This document shows, piece after piece, positions 1-9,654 of a stretch of DNA of 64,000 bases (its first letter is position 1; every line of letters begins with the position of its first letter). The position numbers and the translations under genes are program-made. Under the pieces are notes generated by a model, which ran no database searches, was not told the DNA's origin, and worked only from the letters and a program-made list of their open reading frames with translations. Origin of the DNA: Escherichia coli (GTDB lineage Bacteria; Pseudomonadota; Gammaproteobacteria; Enterobacterales; Enterobacteriaceae); NCBI RefSeq assembly GCF_030384885.1, contig NZ_CP128614.1. One strand, given 5' to 3'.

Positions 1-78
1 GAGGCGAGCGGCCTGAGGATCGGCTACCTGATCGATCCCGACTGCACGCTGGTGCGGCTGATCCAGAACCCCGACTGA
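1..78 (+). CDS. bleMBL: 3' end of a bleomycin-resistance (VOC/glyoxalase-fold) gene, probably ble(MBL); start lies outside the window
   Basis: Frame 1 is open from position 1 to TGA at 76-78 (…IGYLIDPDCTLVRLIQNPD*), a typical Ble-family C-terminus; trpF starts 4 bp downstream, as in blaNDM-ble-trpF arrays. Confidence 0.4.
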   Translation, partial: EASGLRIGYLIDPDCTLVRLIQNPD

Positions 79-82
79 CCGC

Positions 83-721
83 ATGCCCGCGAAAATCAAG
101 ATTTGCGGGATCAGCACACCCGAGGCGCTCGATGCGACCATCGCGGCGCGGGCGGACTATGCCGGGTTGGTGTTCTATCCAGCGTCGCCCCGTGCGGTTA
201 CGTCGAATGTCGCGGGCGCTTTGACATCGCGCGCAGCTGGCCAGATCGCCATGGTCGGTTTGTTCGTCGATGCGGATGATGCTGTCATCGCCGACGCACT
301 GGTGGCAGCCAAGCTGAACGCGCTGCAGCTGCACGGTTCGGAATCGCCCGAACGCGTGGCCCAGTTGCGCGCGCGGTTTGGCAAGCCGGTGTGGAAGGCG
401 CTGCCCGTCGCCAGCGCCAGCGATGTCGCACGCGCCGCAGCCTATGCCGGGGCGGCGGACTTGATCTTGTTCGACGCCAAGACCCCCAAAGGCGCGCTGC
501 CCGGCGGCATGGGGTTGGCGTTCGACTGGTCGCTGCTGGCCGGATATCGCGGTGCCTTGCCGTGGGGGCTGGCAGGCGGGCTAAATCCGACGAATGTTGC
601 CGAGGCGATTGCGCGCACCGGAGCGCCGCTGGTCGATACCTCCAGCGGCGTCGAAAGCGCGCCGGGCGTCAAGGATACCGACAAGATTACCAATTTCGCC
701 TTTGCGGTGCGCTTGGCCTAA
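83..721 (+). CDS. trpF: Phosphoribosylanthranilate isomerase
   Basis: 212-aa ORF with the TrpF (PRAI) fold signature; position between ble-like tail and dsbD/tat matches the conserved blaNDM downstream segment. Confidence 0.8.
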   Translation: MPAKIKICGISTPEALDATIAARADYAGLVFYPASPRAVTSNVAGALTSRAAGQIAMVGLFVDADDAVIADALVAAKLNALQLHGSESPERVAQLRARFGKPVWKALPVASASDVARAAAYAGAADLILFDAKTPKGALPGGMGLAFDWSLLAGYRGALPWGLAGGLNPTNVAEAIARTGAPLVDTSSGVESAPGVKDTDKITNFAFAVRLA

Positions 722-731
722 ATCGCGTCGA

Positions 732-1763
732 TCAATAGGCGTCGTTCAGCGCAAAGATCGGCTTGCGGGTGCGCCACTGCCCTCGGGTGAAGTCGGGAAA
801 ATCTAACGTGCGATTGCCCTCAGCAATCGATTGTTCCGACAGAGGCGTGATCGCGCTCCAGGCCAGCGCGTCGTAAATGTCGATTGGCATCGGGGCCTTG
901 GCCTTCAGCGCCTCGACAAAAGCGTGGATCACGAACCAGTCCATCCCGCCATGCCCGGCCCCTGCCGCCAGATCGGCGTAGCGTTTCCATAGCGGGTGAT
1001 CGTATTTCGCAAACCAGCCCTCGGCAGGCTCCCAGCGGTGCGGCTGTGGGCTCTTGCCCTCCAGATAGATCGACTTGTTGACGTCCATCCACAGCCCCTC
1101 GGTGCCTTGCACCCGAAAGCCGAGAGAATAGGGGCGCGGCAGCGAGGTGTCGTGGCACAGCATGATCGTTTCACCATTAGTGCAGCCGATCATGGTGTTG
1201 ACCACATCACCCAGTGCGAATTTCACCTCGGCGTTGGGATGATCGGCAGAGCCGTTCTTGACGACATAATCATGCAGCCCGCGCGCCTTACAGCCGAAGC
1301 CGCCAGCGCCCGCTTCGCCCGGCAACGCGACCTTCAGGGTGCGGGTCTGCGGCGGGTAGCACACGCCGGCATCGGCGCAGCCCTGGTACTTCACGGTCAG
1401 GGTGGTCGCGCTCGCGCCGGCCGCGGGCGTGCCGGTGAGGGTGCCGAGCAATTCCTTGCGGTAGGTTTCGACGTCGCCGAAGAATTCGTCGCGGTAGGCC
1501 TTGCCCTTCGGCAGCGCCATGGTCGCGCCGGTGAAGGCGGCATCGGCCTTGACCGAGGTGCGGTGCCGGTACAGGTAATAGCCGTCGGCGATCCGCCAGC
1601 GCACCTCGATGCGGTCCGGCGCGGTGGCCTGCGCGGACAGGACGAAGACCTCGTCGACCGGCGGCAGTTCGAAGTCCTGGGCGACGGCCGAGGTCGCGGG
1701 CAGCGCAAGCAGCAGGGCGAGCCCGGCCAGCCAGCGGCGCAGGCGGATCGTGGATGCGGTCAT
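732..1763 (-). CDS. dsbD: Twin-arginine signal protein with DsbD N-terminal-like domain (the tat/dsbD gene of blaNDM contexts)
   Basis: 343-aa ORF; N-terminus has an RR-containing signal peptide (RLRRWLAGLALLLALPATSAVA); convergent with trpF. Confidence 0.65.
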   Translation of the reverse strand: MTASTIRLRRWLAGLALLLALPATSAVAQDFELPPVDEVFVLSAQATAPDRIEVRWRIADGYYLYRHRTSVKADAAFTGATMALPKGKAYRDEFFGDVETYRKELLGTLTGTPAAGASATTLTVKYQGCADAGVCYPPQTRTLKVALPGEAGAGGFGCKARGLHDYVVKNGSADHPNAEVKFALGDVVNTMIGCTNGETIMLCHDTSLPRPYSLGFRVQGTEGLWMDVNKSIYLEGKSPQPHRWEPAEGWFAKYDHPLWKRYADLAAGAGHGGMDWFVIHAFVEALKAKAPMPIDIYDALAWSAITPLSEQSIAEGNRTLDFPDFTRGQWRTRKPIFALNDAY

Positions 1764-1843
1764 TGGCTCAGTTTACCGGTCGGCTCTCGGCGGCCAGCCA
1801 TTGCAGGTATTCGGGCAGGCCGGACGCGGCTTCGACCGCGAGC

Positions 1844-3997
1844 GGGTATAGGAAGTATAAACCACCTTTTTGCTCCTCATCCGAAGTATCTTACCTGAAA
1901 TTCCCTCACTCGTTTACCGCTCAAGCCCCAATTTTAACTGCCGGTCCAGCCTAAACCGCTCTAATAAGGTTCGATTTGGCGGTAAAATCTCTAGCCTGAT
2001 AGCTCGAGAGATACAAACTGCCCCACCGCCCCGTTTAAAAGTTGGCAGTGTTGAGCAGTGTTGGATTTGGGGTCGTCAGTCAAAGAGACGACTCTGTGAT
2101 GGATCGAACAGGCTGGGAGTCAGTGGCGGCGCTCGTTCTGGTGGCAGCTCACGCTGCTTGGCGGCATTCGCCTTGGCTGTTTTCTGTTTCAGATGCTTGA
2201 GAATCTGCTCAATGACCTTCGGATCTTCGATGCTGGCAATCACTTTGACGTGACCGCCGCAGTGTTCGCAGACTTCAATATCAATATTGAAGACTCGCTT
2301 GAGGCGTTGCATCCAGGTCATGGCGCGGTGGCGCTCTGCAGGACTCTTGTCACGCCAGTTAGTATCGAGACCTTCCGATTTGTCGGGCTTCTTGCCCCGC
2401 TTGGCGGGTGTTACTTGAACTCGGTGTTTGCTGTTCGGTGCAAAGACGCCGTGGAAGCGTGTGAGGTTGACTCGCGGCTTAGGTACCAACGCAGCGAGTT
2501 TGGCGATGAAGTCCAGCGGCTCGAAGATCACATGGGTGGTGCCATTGCGGTACGGAGTTTTGAGCTCGTAACGCACCTGCCCATTGGCGGTTAATGCCAG
2601 ACGTTTTTCTGAAACCGCTGGCCGACTAATGTAGCGACACAAGCGCTCAAGCTTATCCCGCTGATGCGCTTCGGCCATCACACCGGCGTGTAGCGAGAAA
2701 CCAGCATGGTTGGCTACTCGACTGCTTGAGTCGGCTTTATCCTCACGCCCTGGCAAGGTTTGCAGGGTGAAGACTTTGCGCCCTTGCTGGGGGCCGACGG
2801 CAATGCGATACGTAACCGAAGCACCATGTAATTGAGTCAGCGTATCGTCTTCGCCCTCTTCCAGTGTCAACCACGTATTCTCGGCATCACGCTCCAAAAT
2901 CCCACGCTTTTCCATGCAGCGAGCGATGCGATGGCTGAGGGTGTGAGCGAGCGTATTCAGCTCATCGTAAGTGGGTGCCTTGACACGATGGAAGCGTTGC
3001 TTGCCATAGTCATCTTCGGCATAGACACCATCGAGAAACAGCATGTGGTAGTGGACATTGAGATTTAGCGCGGAGCCAAAGCGTTGGATAAGAGTCACTG
3101 AGCCAGTTTGTGCAGAGGCTTTGGTGTAACCGGCTTTTTTGATCAGATGAGTTGAGAGTGTACGATAGACGATACTCAAGACCTGGCCCATCAGCTGGGG
3201 ATGGCGAGCCAGCAAAAAGCGTAGCTGGAAAGGAAAGCTGAGCACCCACTGGCGAATGGGCTCCTTGGGGAAGACTTCGTCTATCAGCAGCGCCGCACTC
3301 TCGGCCATCCGGCGGGCACCGCAGCTAGGGCAAAAGCCGCGTCGTTTACAGCTGAAGGCGACCAGACGCTCGTGATGACAATCCTCGCAGCGAACCCGCA
3401 TGAAACCATACTCCAGACGGCCACATTGGAGGAGGTCGTTGAATTCTTGTTGGATGTAGCGAGGCAGGTGTTGACCTTGGGCTTCGAGTGAGGCTTTGAA
3501 GGCTGGGTAGTGCTGCTCAACCAGCTGGTAGAGCAGCGTCTGGTCGGGTTGGTGGCGTTCGTAACCGTTTGTTTGAGTGGGCGATTGACTCGCCGTGGCG
3601 TTCCTTGCCAGCGACATGGGTATCCTCCGCTGATACTGTGGTTATGTACAGTATCAGCGGCTTGCGTTCAGACGTCCAGTCTGGCCCTAGACATCGCTAA
3701 ATGCTTAACCCGCAATAGCCCTCACGAGTTGTTATCAGCCACTACCGGTTGAGCGAGAAGGTTTTGGGTTCAGGGTGCTATTGCTCCACCAATCACAATA
3801 CTGAAGCCCCAACTGTTATCAGTTGGGGCTTTTTCTTGTCTGTTTGCGGCGGTTGCGTTTTATCGGTAGTCGTCGAGCTCTGCACCATCCCACATAAGAG
3901 CTTAACGGTGCGATCTTCAACGCCATCACACAAAACTTTCTTTTTCACGCACAGTCAACTTATTGGATGTTTTATTAACAACCCAAAAGGAGATATT
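1844..3997 (-). mobile_element. ISCR1: ISCR1 (IS91-like rolling-circle element); boundaries approximate
   Basis: Contains the 513-aa orf513 transposase; oriIS-like end (GGTTTATACTTCCTATACCC on the element strand) near 1844; placed immediately downstream of sul1 as in complex class 1 integrons. Confidence 0.8.
2076..3617 (-). CDS. ISCR1 transposase (orf513)
   Basis: 513-aa ORF beginning MSLARNATASQSPTQTNGYERHQPDQ…, matching the ISCR1 Orf513 protein as recalled. Confidence 0.93.
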   Translation of the reverse strand: MSLARNATASQSPTQTNGYERHQPDQTLLYQLVEQHYPAFKASLEAQGQHLPRYIQQEFNDLLQCGRLEYGFMRVRCEDCHHERLVAFSCKRRGFCPSCGARRMAESAALLIDEVFPKEPIRQWVLSFPFQLRFLLARHPQLMGQVLSIVYRTLSTHLIKKAGYTKASAQTGSVTLIQRFGSALNLNVHYHMLFLDGVYAEDDYGKQRFHRVKAPTYDELNTLAHTLSHRIARCMEKRGILERDAENTWLTLEEGEDDTLTQLHGASVTYRIAVGPQQGRKVFTLQTLPGREDKADSSSRVANHAGFSLHAGVMAEAHQRDKLERLCRYISRPAVSEKRLALTANGQVRYELKTPYRNGTTHVIFEPLDFIAKLAALVPKPRVNLTRFHGVFAPNSKHRVQVTPAKRGKKPDKSEGLDTNWRDKSPAERHRAMTWMQRLKRVFNIDIEVCEHCGGHVKVIASIEDPKVIEQILKHLKQKTAKANAAKQRELPPERAPPLTPSLFDPSQSRLFD

Positions 3998-4021
3998 TAG
4001 CGGGCGGCCGGAAGGTGAATG

Positions 4022-4861
4022 CTAGGCATGATCTAACCCTCGGTCTCTGGCGTCGCGACTGCGAAATTTCGCGAGGGTTTCCGAGAAGGTGATTGCGCTT
4101 CGCAGATCTCCAGGCGCGTGGGTGCGGACGTAGTCAGCGCCATTGCCGATCGCGTGAAGTTCCGCCGCAAGGCTCGCTGGACCCAGATCCTTTACAGGAA
4201 GGCCAACGGTGGCGCCCAAGAAGGATTTCCGCGACACCGAGACCAATAGCGGAAGCCCCAACGCCGACTTCAGCTTTTGAAGGTTCGACAGCACGTGCAG
4301 CGATGTTTCCGGTGCGGGGCTCAAGAAAAATCCCATCCCCGGATCGAGGATGAGCCGGTCGGCAGCGACCCCGCTCCGTCGCAAGGCGGAAACCCGCGCC
4401 TCGAAGAACCGCACAATCTCGTCGAGCGCGTCTTCGGGTCGAAGGTGACCGGTGCGGGTGGCGATGCCATCCCGCTGCGCTGAGTGCATAACCACCAGCC
4501 TGCAGTCCGCCTCAGCAATATCGGGATAGAGCGCAGGGTCAGGAAATCCTTGGATATCGTTCAGGTAGCCCACGCCGCGCTTGAGCGCATAGCGCTGGGT
4601 TTCCGGTTGGAAGCTGTCGATTGAAACACAGTGCATCTGATCGGACAGGGCGTCTAAGAGCGGCGCAATACGTCTGATCTCATCGGCCGGCGATACAGGC
4701 CTCGCGTCCGGATGGCTGGCGGCCGGTCCGACATCCACGACGTCTGATCCGACTCGCAGCATTTCGATCGCCGCGGTGACAGCGCCGGCGGGGTCTAGCC
4801 GCCGGCTCTCATCGAAGAAGGAGTCCTCGGTGAGATTCAGAATGCCGAACACCGTCACCAT
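4022..4861 (-). CDS. sul1: Sulfonamide-resistant dihydropteroate synthase Sul1
   Basis: Translation from the internal Met ([23 protein letters not shown]…) is Sul1; the ORF-track start at 4948 is an upstream extension. Confidence 0.95.
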   Translation of the reverse strand: MVTVFGILNLTEDSFFDESRRLDPAGAVTAAIEMLRVGSDVVDVGPAASHPDARPVSPADEIRRIAPLLDALSDQMHCVSIDSFQPETQRYALKRGVGYLNDIQGFPDPALYPDIAEADCRLVVMHSAQRDGIATRTGHLRPEDALDEIVRFFEARVSALRRSGVAADRLILDPGMGFFLSPAPETSLHVLSNLQKLKSALGLPLLVSVSRKSFLGATVGLPVKDLGPASLAAELHAIGNGADYVRTHAPGDLRSAITFSETLAKFRSRDARDRGLDHA

Positions 4862-5202
4862 GGCGTCGGCCTCCGCAGCGACTTCCACGATGGGGATCGG
4901 GCGAGCAAAAAGGCAGCAATTATGAGCCCCATACCTACAAAGCCCCACGCATCAAGCTTTTGCCCATGAAGCAACCAGGCAATGGCTGTAATTATGACGA
5001 CGCCGAGTCCCGACCAGACTGCATAAGCAACACCGACAGGGATGGATTTCAGAACCAGAGAAAGAAAATAAAATGCGATGCCATAACCGATTATGACAAC
5101 GGCGGAAGGGGCAAGCTTAGTAAAGCCCTCGCTAGATTTTAATGCGGATGTTGCGATTACTTCGCCAACTATTGCGATAACAAGAAAAAGCCAGCCTTTC
5201 AT
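4855..5202 (-). CDS. qacEdelta1: Truncated SMR quaternary-ammonium efflux protein QacEdelta1 (3'-conserved segment)
   Basis: 115-aa [30 protein letters not shown]… abutting the sul1 start. Confidence 0.95.
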   Translation of the reverse strand: MKGWLFLVIAIVGEVIATSALKSSEGFTKLAPSAVVIIGYGIAFYFLSLVLKSIPVGVAYAVWSGLGVVIITAIAWLLHGQKLDAWGFVGMGLIIAAFLLARSPSWKSLRRPTPW

Positions 5203-5304
5203 GATATATCTCCCAATTTGTGTAGGGCTTATTATGCACGCTTAAAAATAATAAAAGCAGACTTGACCTGATAGTTTGGCTGTGAGCAATTATGTGCTTA
5301 GTGC

Positions 5305-5364
5305 ATCTAACGCCGGAGTTAAGCCGCCGCGCGTAGCGCGGTCGGCTTGAACGAATTGTTAGAC
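5305..5364 (-). other. attC (59-base element) of the aadA2 cassette
   Basis: Imperfect inverted repeat immediately after the aadA2 stop, with core sites GTCTAAC … GTTAGAT on the cassette strand. Confidence 0.55.
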
Positions 5365-5365
5365 A

Positions 5366-6157
5366 TCATTTACCAACTGACTTGATGATCTCGCCTTTCA
5401 CAAAGCGAATAAATTCTTCCAAGTGATCTGCGCGTGAGGCCAAGTGATCTTCTTTTTGTCCCAGATAAGCTTGCTTAGCTTCAAGTAAGACGGGCTGATA
5501 CTGGGCAGGTAGGCGTTTTATTGCCCAGTCGGCAGCGACATCCTTCGGCGCGATTTTGCCGGTTATTGCGCTGTACCAAATGCGGGACAACGTAAGCACT
5601 ACATTTCGCTCATCGCCGGCCCAGTCGGGCTGCGAGTTCCATAGCTTCAAGGTTTCCCTCAGCGCCTCGAATAGATCCTGTTCAGGAACCGGGTCAAAGA
5701 ATTCCTCCGCTGCCGGACCTACCAAGGCAACGCTATGTTCTCTTGCTTTTGTAAGCAGGATAGCTAGATCAATGTCGATCATGGCTGGCTCGAAGATACC
5801 CGCAAGAATGTCATTGCGCTGCCATTCTCCAAATTGCAGCTCGCGCTTAGCCGGATAACGCCACGGGATGATGTCGTCATGCACGACAAGGGTGACTTCT
5901 ATAGCGCGGAGCGTCTCGCTCTCGCCAGGGAAAGCCGAAGCCTCCATAAGATCATTGAGCAATGCTCGCCGCGTCGTTTCATCAAGCTTTACGGCCACAG
6001 TAACCAACAAATCAATATCGCTGTATGGCTTCAGGCCGCCATCCACTGCGGAGCCGTACAAATGCACGGCCAGCAACGTTGATTCCAGATGGCGCTCAAT
6101 GACGCTTAGCACCTCTGATAGTTGGTTCGAAATTTCGATGGTCACCGCTTCCCTCAT
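5366..6157 (-). CDS. aadA2: Aminoglycoside (3'')(9) adenylyltransferase AadA2 (streptomycin/spectinomycin resistance)
   Basis: 263-aa ORF MREAVTIEISNQLSEVLSVIERHLESTLLAVHLYGSAVDGGLKPYSDIDLL…, recognised as AadA2. Confidence 0.9.
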   Translation of the reverse strand: MREAVTIEISNQLSEVLSVIERHLESTLLAVHLYGSAVDGGLKPYSDIDLLVTVAVKLDETTRRALLNDLMEASAFPGESETLRAIEVTLVVHDDIIPWRYPAKRELQFGEWQRNDILAGIFEPAMIDIDLAILLTKAREHSVALVGPAAEEFFDPVPEQDLFEALRETLKLWNSQPDWAGDERNVVLTLSRIWYSAITGKIAPKDVAADWAIKRLPAQYQPVLLEAKQAYLGQKEDHLASRADHLEEFIRFVKGEIIKSVGK

Positions 6158-6162
6158 GATGT

Positions 6163-6453
6163 CTAACGGGCGAGGTAAGCCGACCGCAGAATGCGGGTCG
6201 GCTTGACCGAAATGTTAGAACCAGAAGCCAAAACGGATAACTTGAATTTGGCGACGGGCGCTAACCGTGAAAAAACGCTGCGCCACCGAGGCGGCACAGC
6301 ACTGCAAAAACGATAGCTGCTTGCGCTTGCTACGCAAGGGCTAGAGGCCAAAAAGACTGAAAACCTGCGCAGCCCATGCAGGCGAAGCCCGGAAAAAAGG
6401 CAAAACAGGCACTGAATAACGCCTGAAAAGCTAAATGCCGTTTGAATAAACAT
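6163..6453 (-). CDS. gcuF: Gene cassette of unknown function gcuF (orfF) of the dfrA12-gcuF-aadA2 array
   Basis: 96-aa ORF sitting between dfrA12 and aadA2 in the same orientation. Confidence 0.6.
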   Translation of the reverse strand: MFIQTAFSFSGVIQCLFCLFSGLRLHGLRRFSVFLASSPCVASASSYRFCSAVPPRWRSVFSRLAPVAKFKLSVLASGSNISVKPTRILRSAYLAR

Positions 6454-6564
6454 GAGCTAAATAAAGCTGGGTTTCAGTGGTGCTAACGTTGGACGTAACG
6501 AGAGCCGGAGCGCAGCGGAGGGAACCAAAATGCGCAGCATTTTGGCGTCCCGTTGACGGAATGG

Positions 6565-7062
6565 TTAGCCGTTTCGACGCGCATAAACGGAGTGGGTGTA
6601 CGGAATTACAGCTTGAATGGTTTCGGTTGAGACAAGCTCGAATTCTGTTTCGTTGAGCATTGGGAAGAAGGCGTCACCCTCGAAGGTTTGATGTACCTCA
6701 GATAGAAACACGCCGTGGGCGTGAGGTAGTGCCAGAGTGTATATCTCAGCTCCGCCCGCGACGTAGAGTTCATTGCCGAGTTCGGATGCCAAAGCGATAG
6801 CGTGCGACAGCGTTGAAACAACTACGCAGCCAGTGGCGCGGTAGTTAGCTTGGCGTGAGATTACCAATGTGTGACGGTTCGGTAGAGGCTTGCCGATAGA
6901 CTCAAAGGTCTTTCGCCCCATGACAACGACTTTTCCCTCAGTGAGTCTGCGAAAAATCTTCTGCTCACCCGGAATTTTCCAGGGGATATTAGGACCATTG
7001 CCAATAACCCGATTGGCTCCCATCGCAGCAACGAGATAAATGCGTACTGATTCCGAGTTCAT
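6565..7062 (-). CDS. dfrA12: Trimethoprim-resistant dihydrofolate reductase DfrA12
   Basis: 165-aa ORF MNSESVRIYLVAAMGANRVIGNGPNIPWKIPGEQKIFRRLTEGKVVVMGRKTF…, recognised as DfrA12. Confidence 0.92.
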   Translation of the reverse strand: MNSESVRIYLVAAMGANRVIGNGPNIPWKIPGEQKIFRRLTEGKVVVMGRKTFESIGKPLPNRHTLVISRQANYRATGCVVVSTLSHAIALASELGNELYVAGGAEIYTLALPHAHGVFLSEVHQTFEGDAFFPMLNETEFELVSTETIQAVIPYTHSVYARRNG

Positions 7063-7063
7063 A

Positions 7064-7135
7064 TGGCTAACTTTGTTTTAGGGCGACTGCCCTGCTGCGT
7101 AACATCGTTGCTGCTCCATAACATCAAACATCGAC
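7064..7135 (-). other. attI1 recombination site / first-cassette boundary (approximate)
   Basis: …CTAAAACAAAGTTAGCC followed by the dfrA12 ATG on the cassette strand, between Pc/intI1 and the first cassette. Confidence 0.5.
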
Positions 7136-7206
7136 CCACGGCGTAACGCGCTTGCTGCTTGGATGCCCGAGGCATAGACTGTACAAAAAAACAGTCATAA
7201 CAAGCC

Positions 7207-8075
7207 ATGAAAACCGCCACTGCGCCGTTACCACCGCTGCGTTCGGTCAAGGTTCTGGACCAGTTGCGTGAGCGCATACGCTACTTGCATTACAGCTTAC
7301 CAACCGAACAGGCTTATGTCCACTGGGTTCGTGCCTTCATCCGTTTCCACGGTGTGCGTCACCCGGCAACCTTGGGCAGCAGCGAAGTCGAGGCATTTCT
7401 GTCCTGGCTGGCGAACGAGCGCAAGGTTTCGGTCTCCACGCATCGTCAGGCATTGGCGGCCTTGCTGTTCTTCTACGGCAAGGTGCTGTGCACGGATCTG
7501 CCCTGGCTTCAGGAGATCGGAAGACCTCGGCCGTCGCGGCGCTTGCCGGTGGTGCTGACCCCGGATGAAGTGGTTCGCATCCTCGGTTTTCTGGAAGGCG
7601 AGCATCGTTTGTTCGCCCAGCTTCTGTATGGAACGGGCATGCGGATCAGTGAGGGTTTGCAACTGCGGGTCAAGGATCTGGATTTCGATCACGGCACGAT
7701 CATCGTGCGGGAGGGCAAGGGCTCCAAGGATCGGGCCTTGATGTTACCCGAGAGCTTGGCACCCAGCCTGCGCGAGCAGCTGTCGCGTGCACGGGCATGG
7801 TGGCTGAAGGACCAGGCCGAGGGCCGCAGCGGCGTTGCGCTTCCCGACGCCCTTGAGCGGAAGTATCCGCGCGCCGGGCATTCCTGGCCGTGGTTCTGGG
7901 TTTTTGCGCAGCACACGCATTCGACCGATCCACGGAGCGGTGTCGTGCGTCGCCATCACATGTATGACCAGACCTTTCAGCGCGCCTTCAAACGTGCCGT
8001 AGAACAAGCAGGCATCACGAAGCCCGCCACACCGCACACCCTCCGCCACTCGTTCGCGACGGCCTTGCTCCGCAG
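7207..8075 (+). pseudogene. intI1: intI1 truncated at its 3' end by IS26
   Basis: N-terminal ~289 aa of IntI1 ([44 protein letters not shown]…) run into the IS26 inverted repeat at 8076. Confidence 0.9.
7294..7322 (-). promoter_or_regulatory. Pc: Integron cassette promoter Pc, variant PcW with TGN-extended -10
   Basis: On the cassette strand: TGGACA, 17-bp spacer, then TGG-TAAGCT; the corresponding intI1 codon 32 encodes Pro (IntI1 P32/H39). Confidence 0.75.
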
Positions 8076-8895
8076 GGCACTGTTGCAAAGTTAGCGATGA
8101 GGCAGCCTTTTGTCTTATTCAAAGGCCTTACATTTCAAAAACTCTGCTTACCAGGCGCATTTCGCCCAGGGGATCACCATAATAAAATGCTGAGGCCTGG
8201 CCTTTGCGTAGTGCACGCATCACCTCAATACCTTTGATGGTGGCGTAAGCCGTCTTCATGGATTTAAATCCCAGCGTGGCGCCGATTATCCGTTTCAGTT
8301 TGCCATGATCGCATTCAATCACGTTGTTCCGGTACTTAATCTGTCGGTGTTCAACGTCAGACGGGCACCGGCCTTCGCGTTTGAGCAGAGCAAGCGCGCG
8401 ACCATAGGCGGGCGCTTTATCCGTGTTGATGAATCGCGGGATCTGCCACTTCTTCACGTTGTTGAGGATTTTACCCAGAAACCGGTATGCAGCTTTGCTG
8501 TTACGACGGGAGGAGAGATAAAAATCGACAGTGCGGCCCCGGCTGTCGACGGCCCGGTACAGATACGCCCAGCGGCCATTGACCTTCACGTAGGTTTCAT
8601 CCATGTGCCACGGGCAAAGATCGGAAGGGTTACGCCAGTACCAGCGCAGCCGTTTTTCCATTTCAGGCGCATAACGCTGAACCCAGCGGTAAATCGTGGA
8701 GTGATCGACATTCACTCCGCGTTCAGCCAGCATCTCCTGCAGCTCACGGTAACTGATGCCGTATTTGCAGTACCAGCGTACGGCCCACAGAATGATGTCA
8801 CGCTGAAAATGCCGGCCTTTGAATGGGTTCATGTGCAGCTCCATCAGCAAAAGGGGATGATAAGTTTATCACCACCGACTATTTGCAACAGTGCC
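8076..8895 (-). mobile_element. IS26: IS26 (820 bp), wild-type transposase allele
   Basis: 14-bp terminal inverted repeats GGCACTGTTGCAAA at 8076-8089 and 8882-8895; no flanking target-site duplication. Confidence 0.95.
8128..8832 (-). CDS. tnpA26: IS26 transposase Tnp26 (Gly184)
   Basis: Translation MNPFKGRHFQRDIILWAVRWYCKYGISYRELQ… with …KRIIGATLGF…. Confidence 0.95.
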   Translation of the reverse strand: MNPFKGRHFQRDIILWAVRWYCKYGISYRELQEMLAERGVNVDHSTIYRWVQRYAPEMEKRLRWYWRNPSDLCPWHMDETYVKVNGRWAYLYRAVDSRGRTVDFYLSSRRNSKAAYRFLGKILNNVKKWQIPRFINTDKAPAYGRALALLKREGRCPSDVEHRQIKYRNNVIECDHGKLKRIIGATLGFKSMKTAYATIKGIEVMRALRKGQASAFYYGDPLGEMRLVSRVFEM

Positions 8896-9217
8896 CTCAA
8901 TAACGTGATCGAGGCCGATCACGGAAAGCTCAAGATACTGATCAAGCCGGTGCGCGGTTTCAAATCGATCCCCACGGCCTATGCCACGATCAAGGGATTC
9001 GAAGTCATGCGAGCCCTGCGCAAAGGACAGGCTCGCCCCTGGTGCCTGCAGCCCGGCATCAGGGGCGAGGTGCGCCTTGTGGAGAGAGCTTTTGGCATTG
9101 GGCCCTCGGCGCTGACGGAGGCCATGGGCATGCTCAACCACCATTTCGCAGCAGCCGCCTGATCGGCGCAGAGCGACAGCCTACCTCTGACTGCCGCCAA
9201 TCTTTGCAACAGAGCCC
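8896..9217 (+). mobile_element. IS6100: IS6100 3'-terminal fragment, truncated by IS26
   Basis: Encodes the C-terminal ~88 aa of an IS6-family transposase (…ALRKGQARPWCLQPGIRGEVRLVERAFGIGPSALTEAMGMLNHHFAAAA*) and ends with the IS6100-type inverted repeat TTTGCAACAGAGCC at 9204-9217. Confidence 0.85.
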
Positions 9218-9654
9218 GCCGTGCTAGTCTGCTCGGTGATGGTGGAGTGAAGCCAACCCGCAATCGGGTTATGAATCTGCATCGCGATTCGCAATCAGCT
9301 GTCTCTTGAGCATGTCGAACTCCTGCGATGTTATCTCGCCGTGCTCGTGCTGCTACACCAACTTGTCCAACTCATCCGCCACACCGCTCCCCACCACCTG
9401 CGATGGCCAGGTTGTTTGCTGGGCGCATTGGCGGAGTATCGTCTCGACCCGGGACACCCACACCGGCACAACCTTACGGGAGTGATTCACTGTCAAAGAA
9501 TCGGCCCGGTGCTCTGACGCAAGTATCGGGATGGTCACCATTTGTAAGCCGTAGACCTGAGTGGTGATCAAGACTTCGATACCACCGACCGTACCGGTAC
9601 TAATCGACGACGGTCGTGTTCGTCGCCTGCCGCAGGGACTCTGCACACCTCCGT

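Noticed and set aside
996-1898. 300-aa plus-strand ORF overlapping the dsbD/tat gene
   Set aside because: Antisense shadow ORF in GC-rich DNA; the opposite-strand ORF has a signal peptide and fits the known blaNDM context.
4022-4948. 308-aa extended sul1 ORF
   Set aside because: The upstream extension overlaps qacEdelta1; the sul1 start is the internal ATG at 4861.
8305-9162. 285-aa plus-strand ORF spanning IS26 and the IS6100 remnant
   Set aside because: Chimeric: its first part is antisense to the IS26 transposase; only the last ~88 codons are genuine IS6100 transposase fragment.
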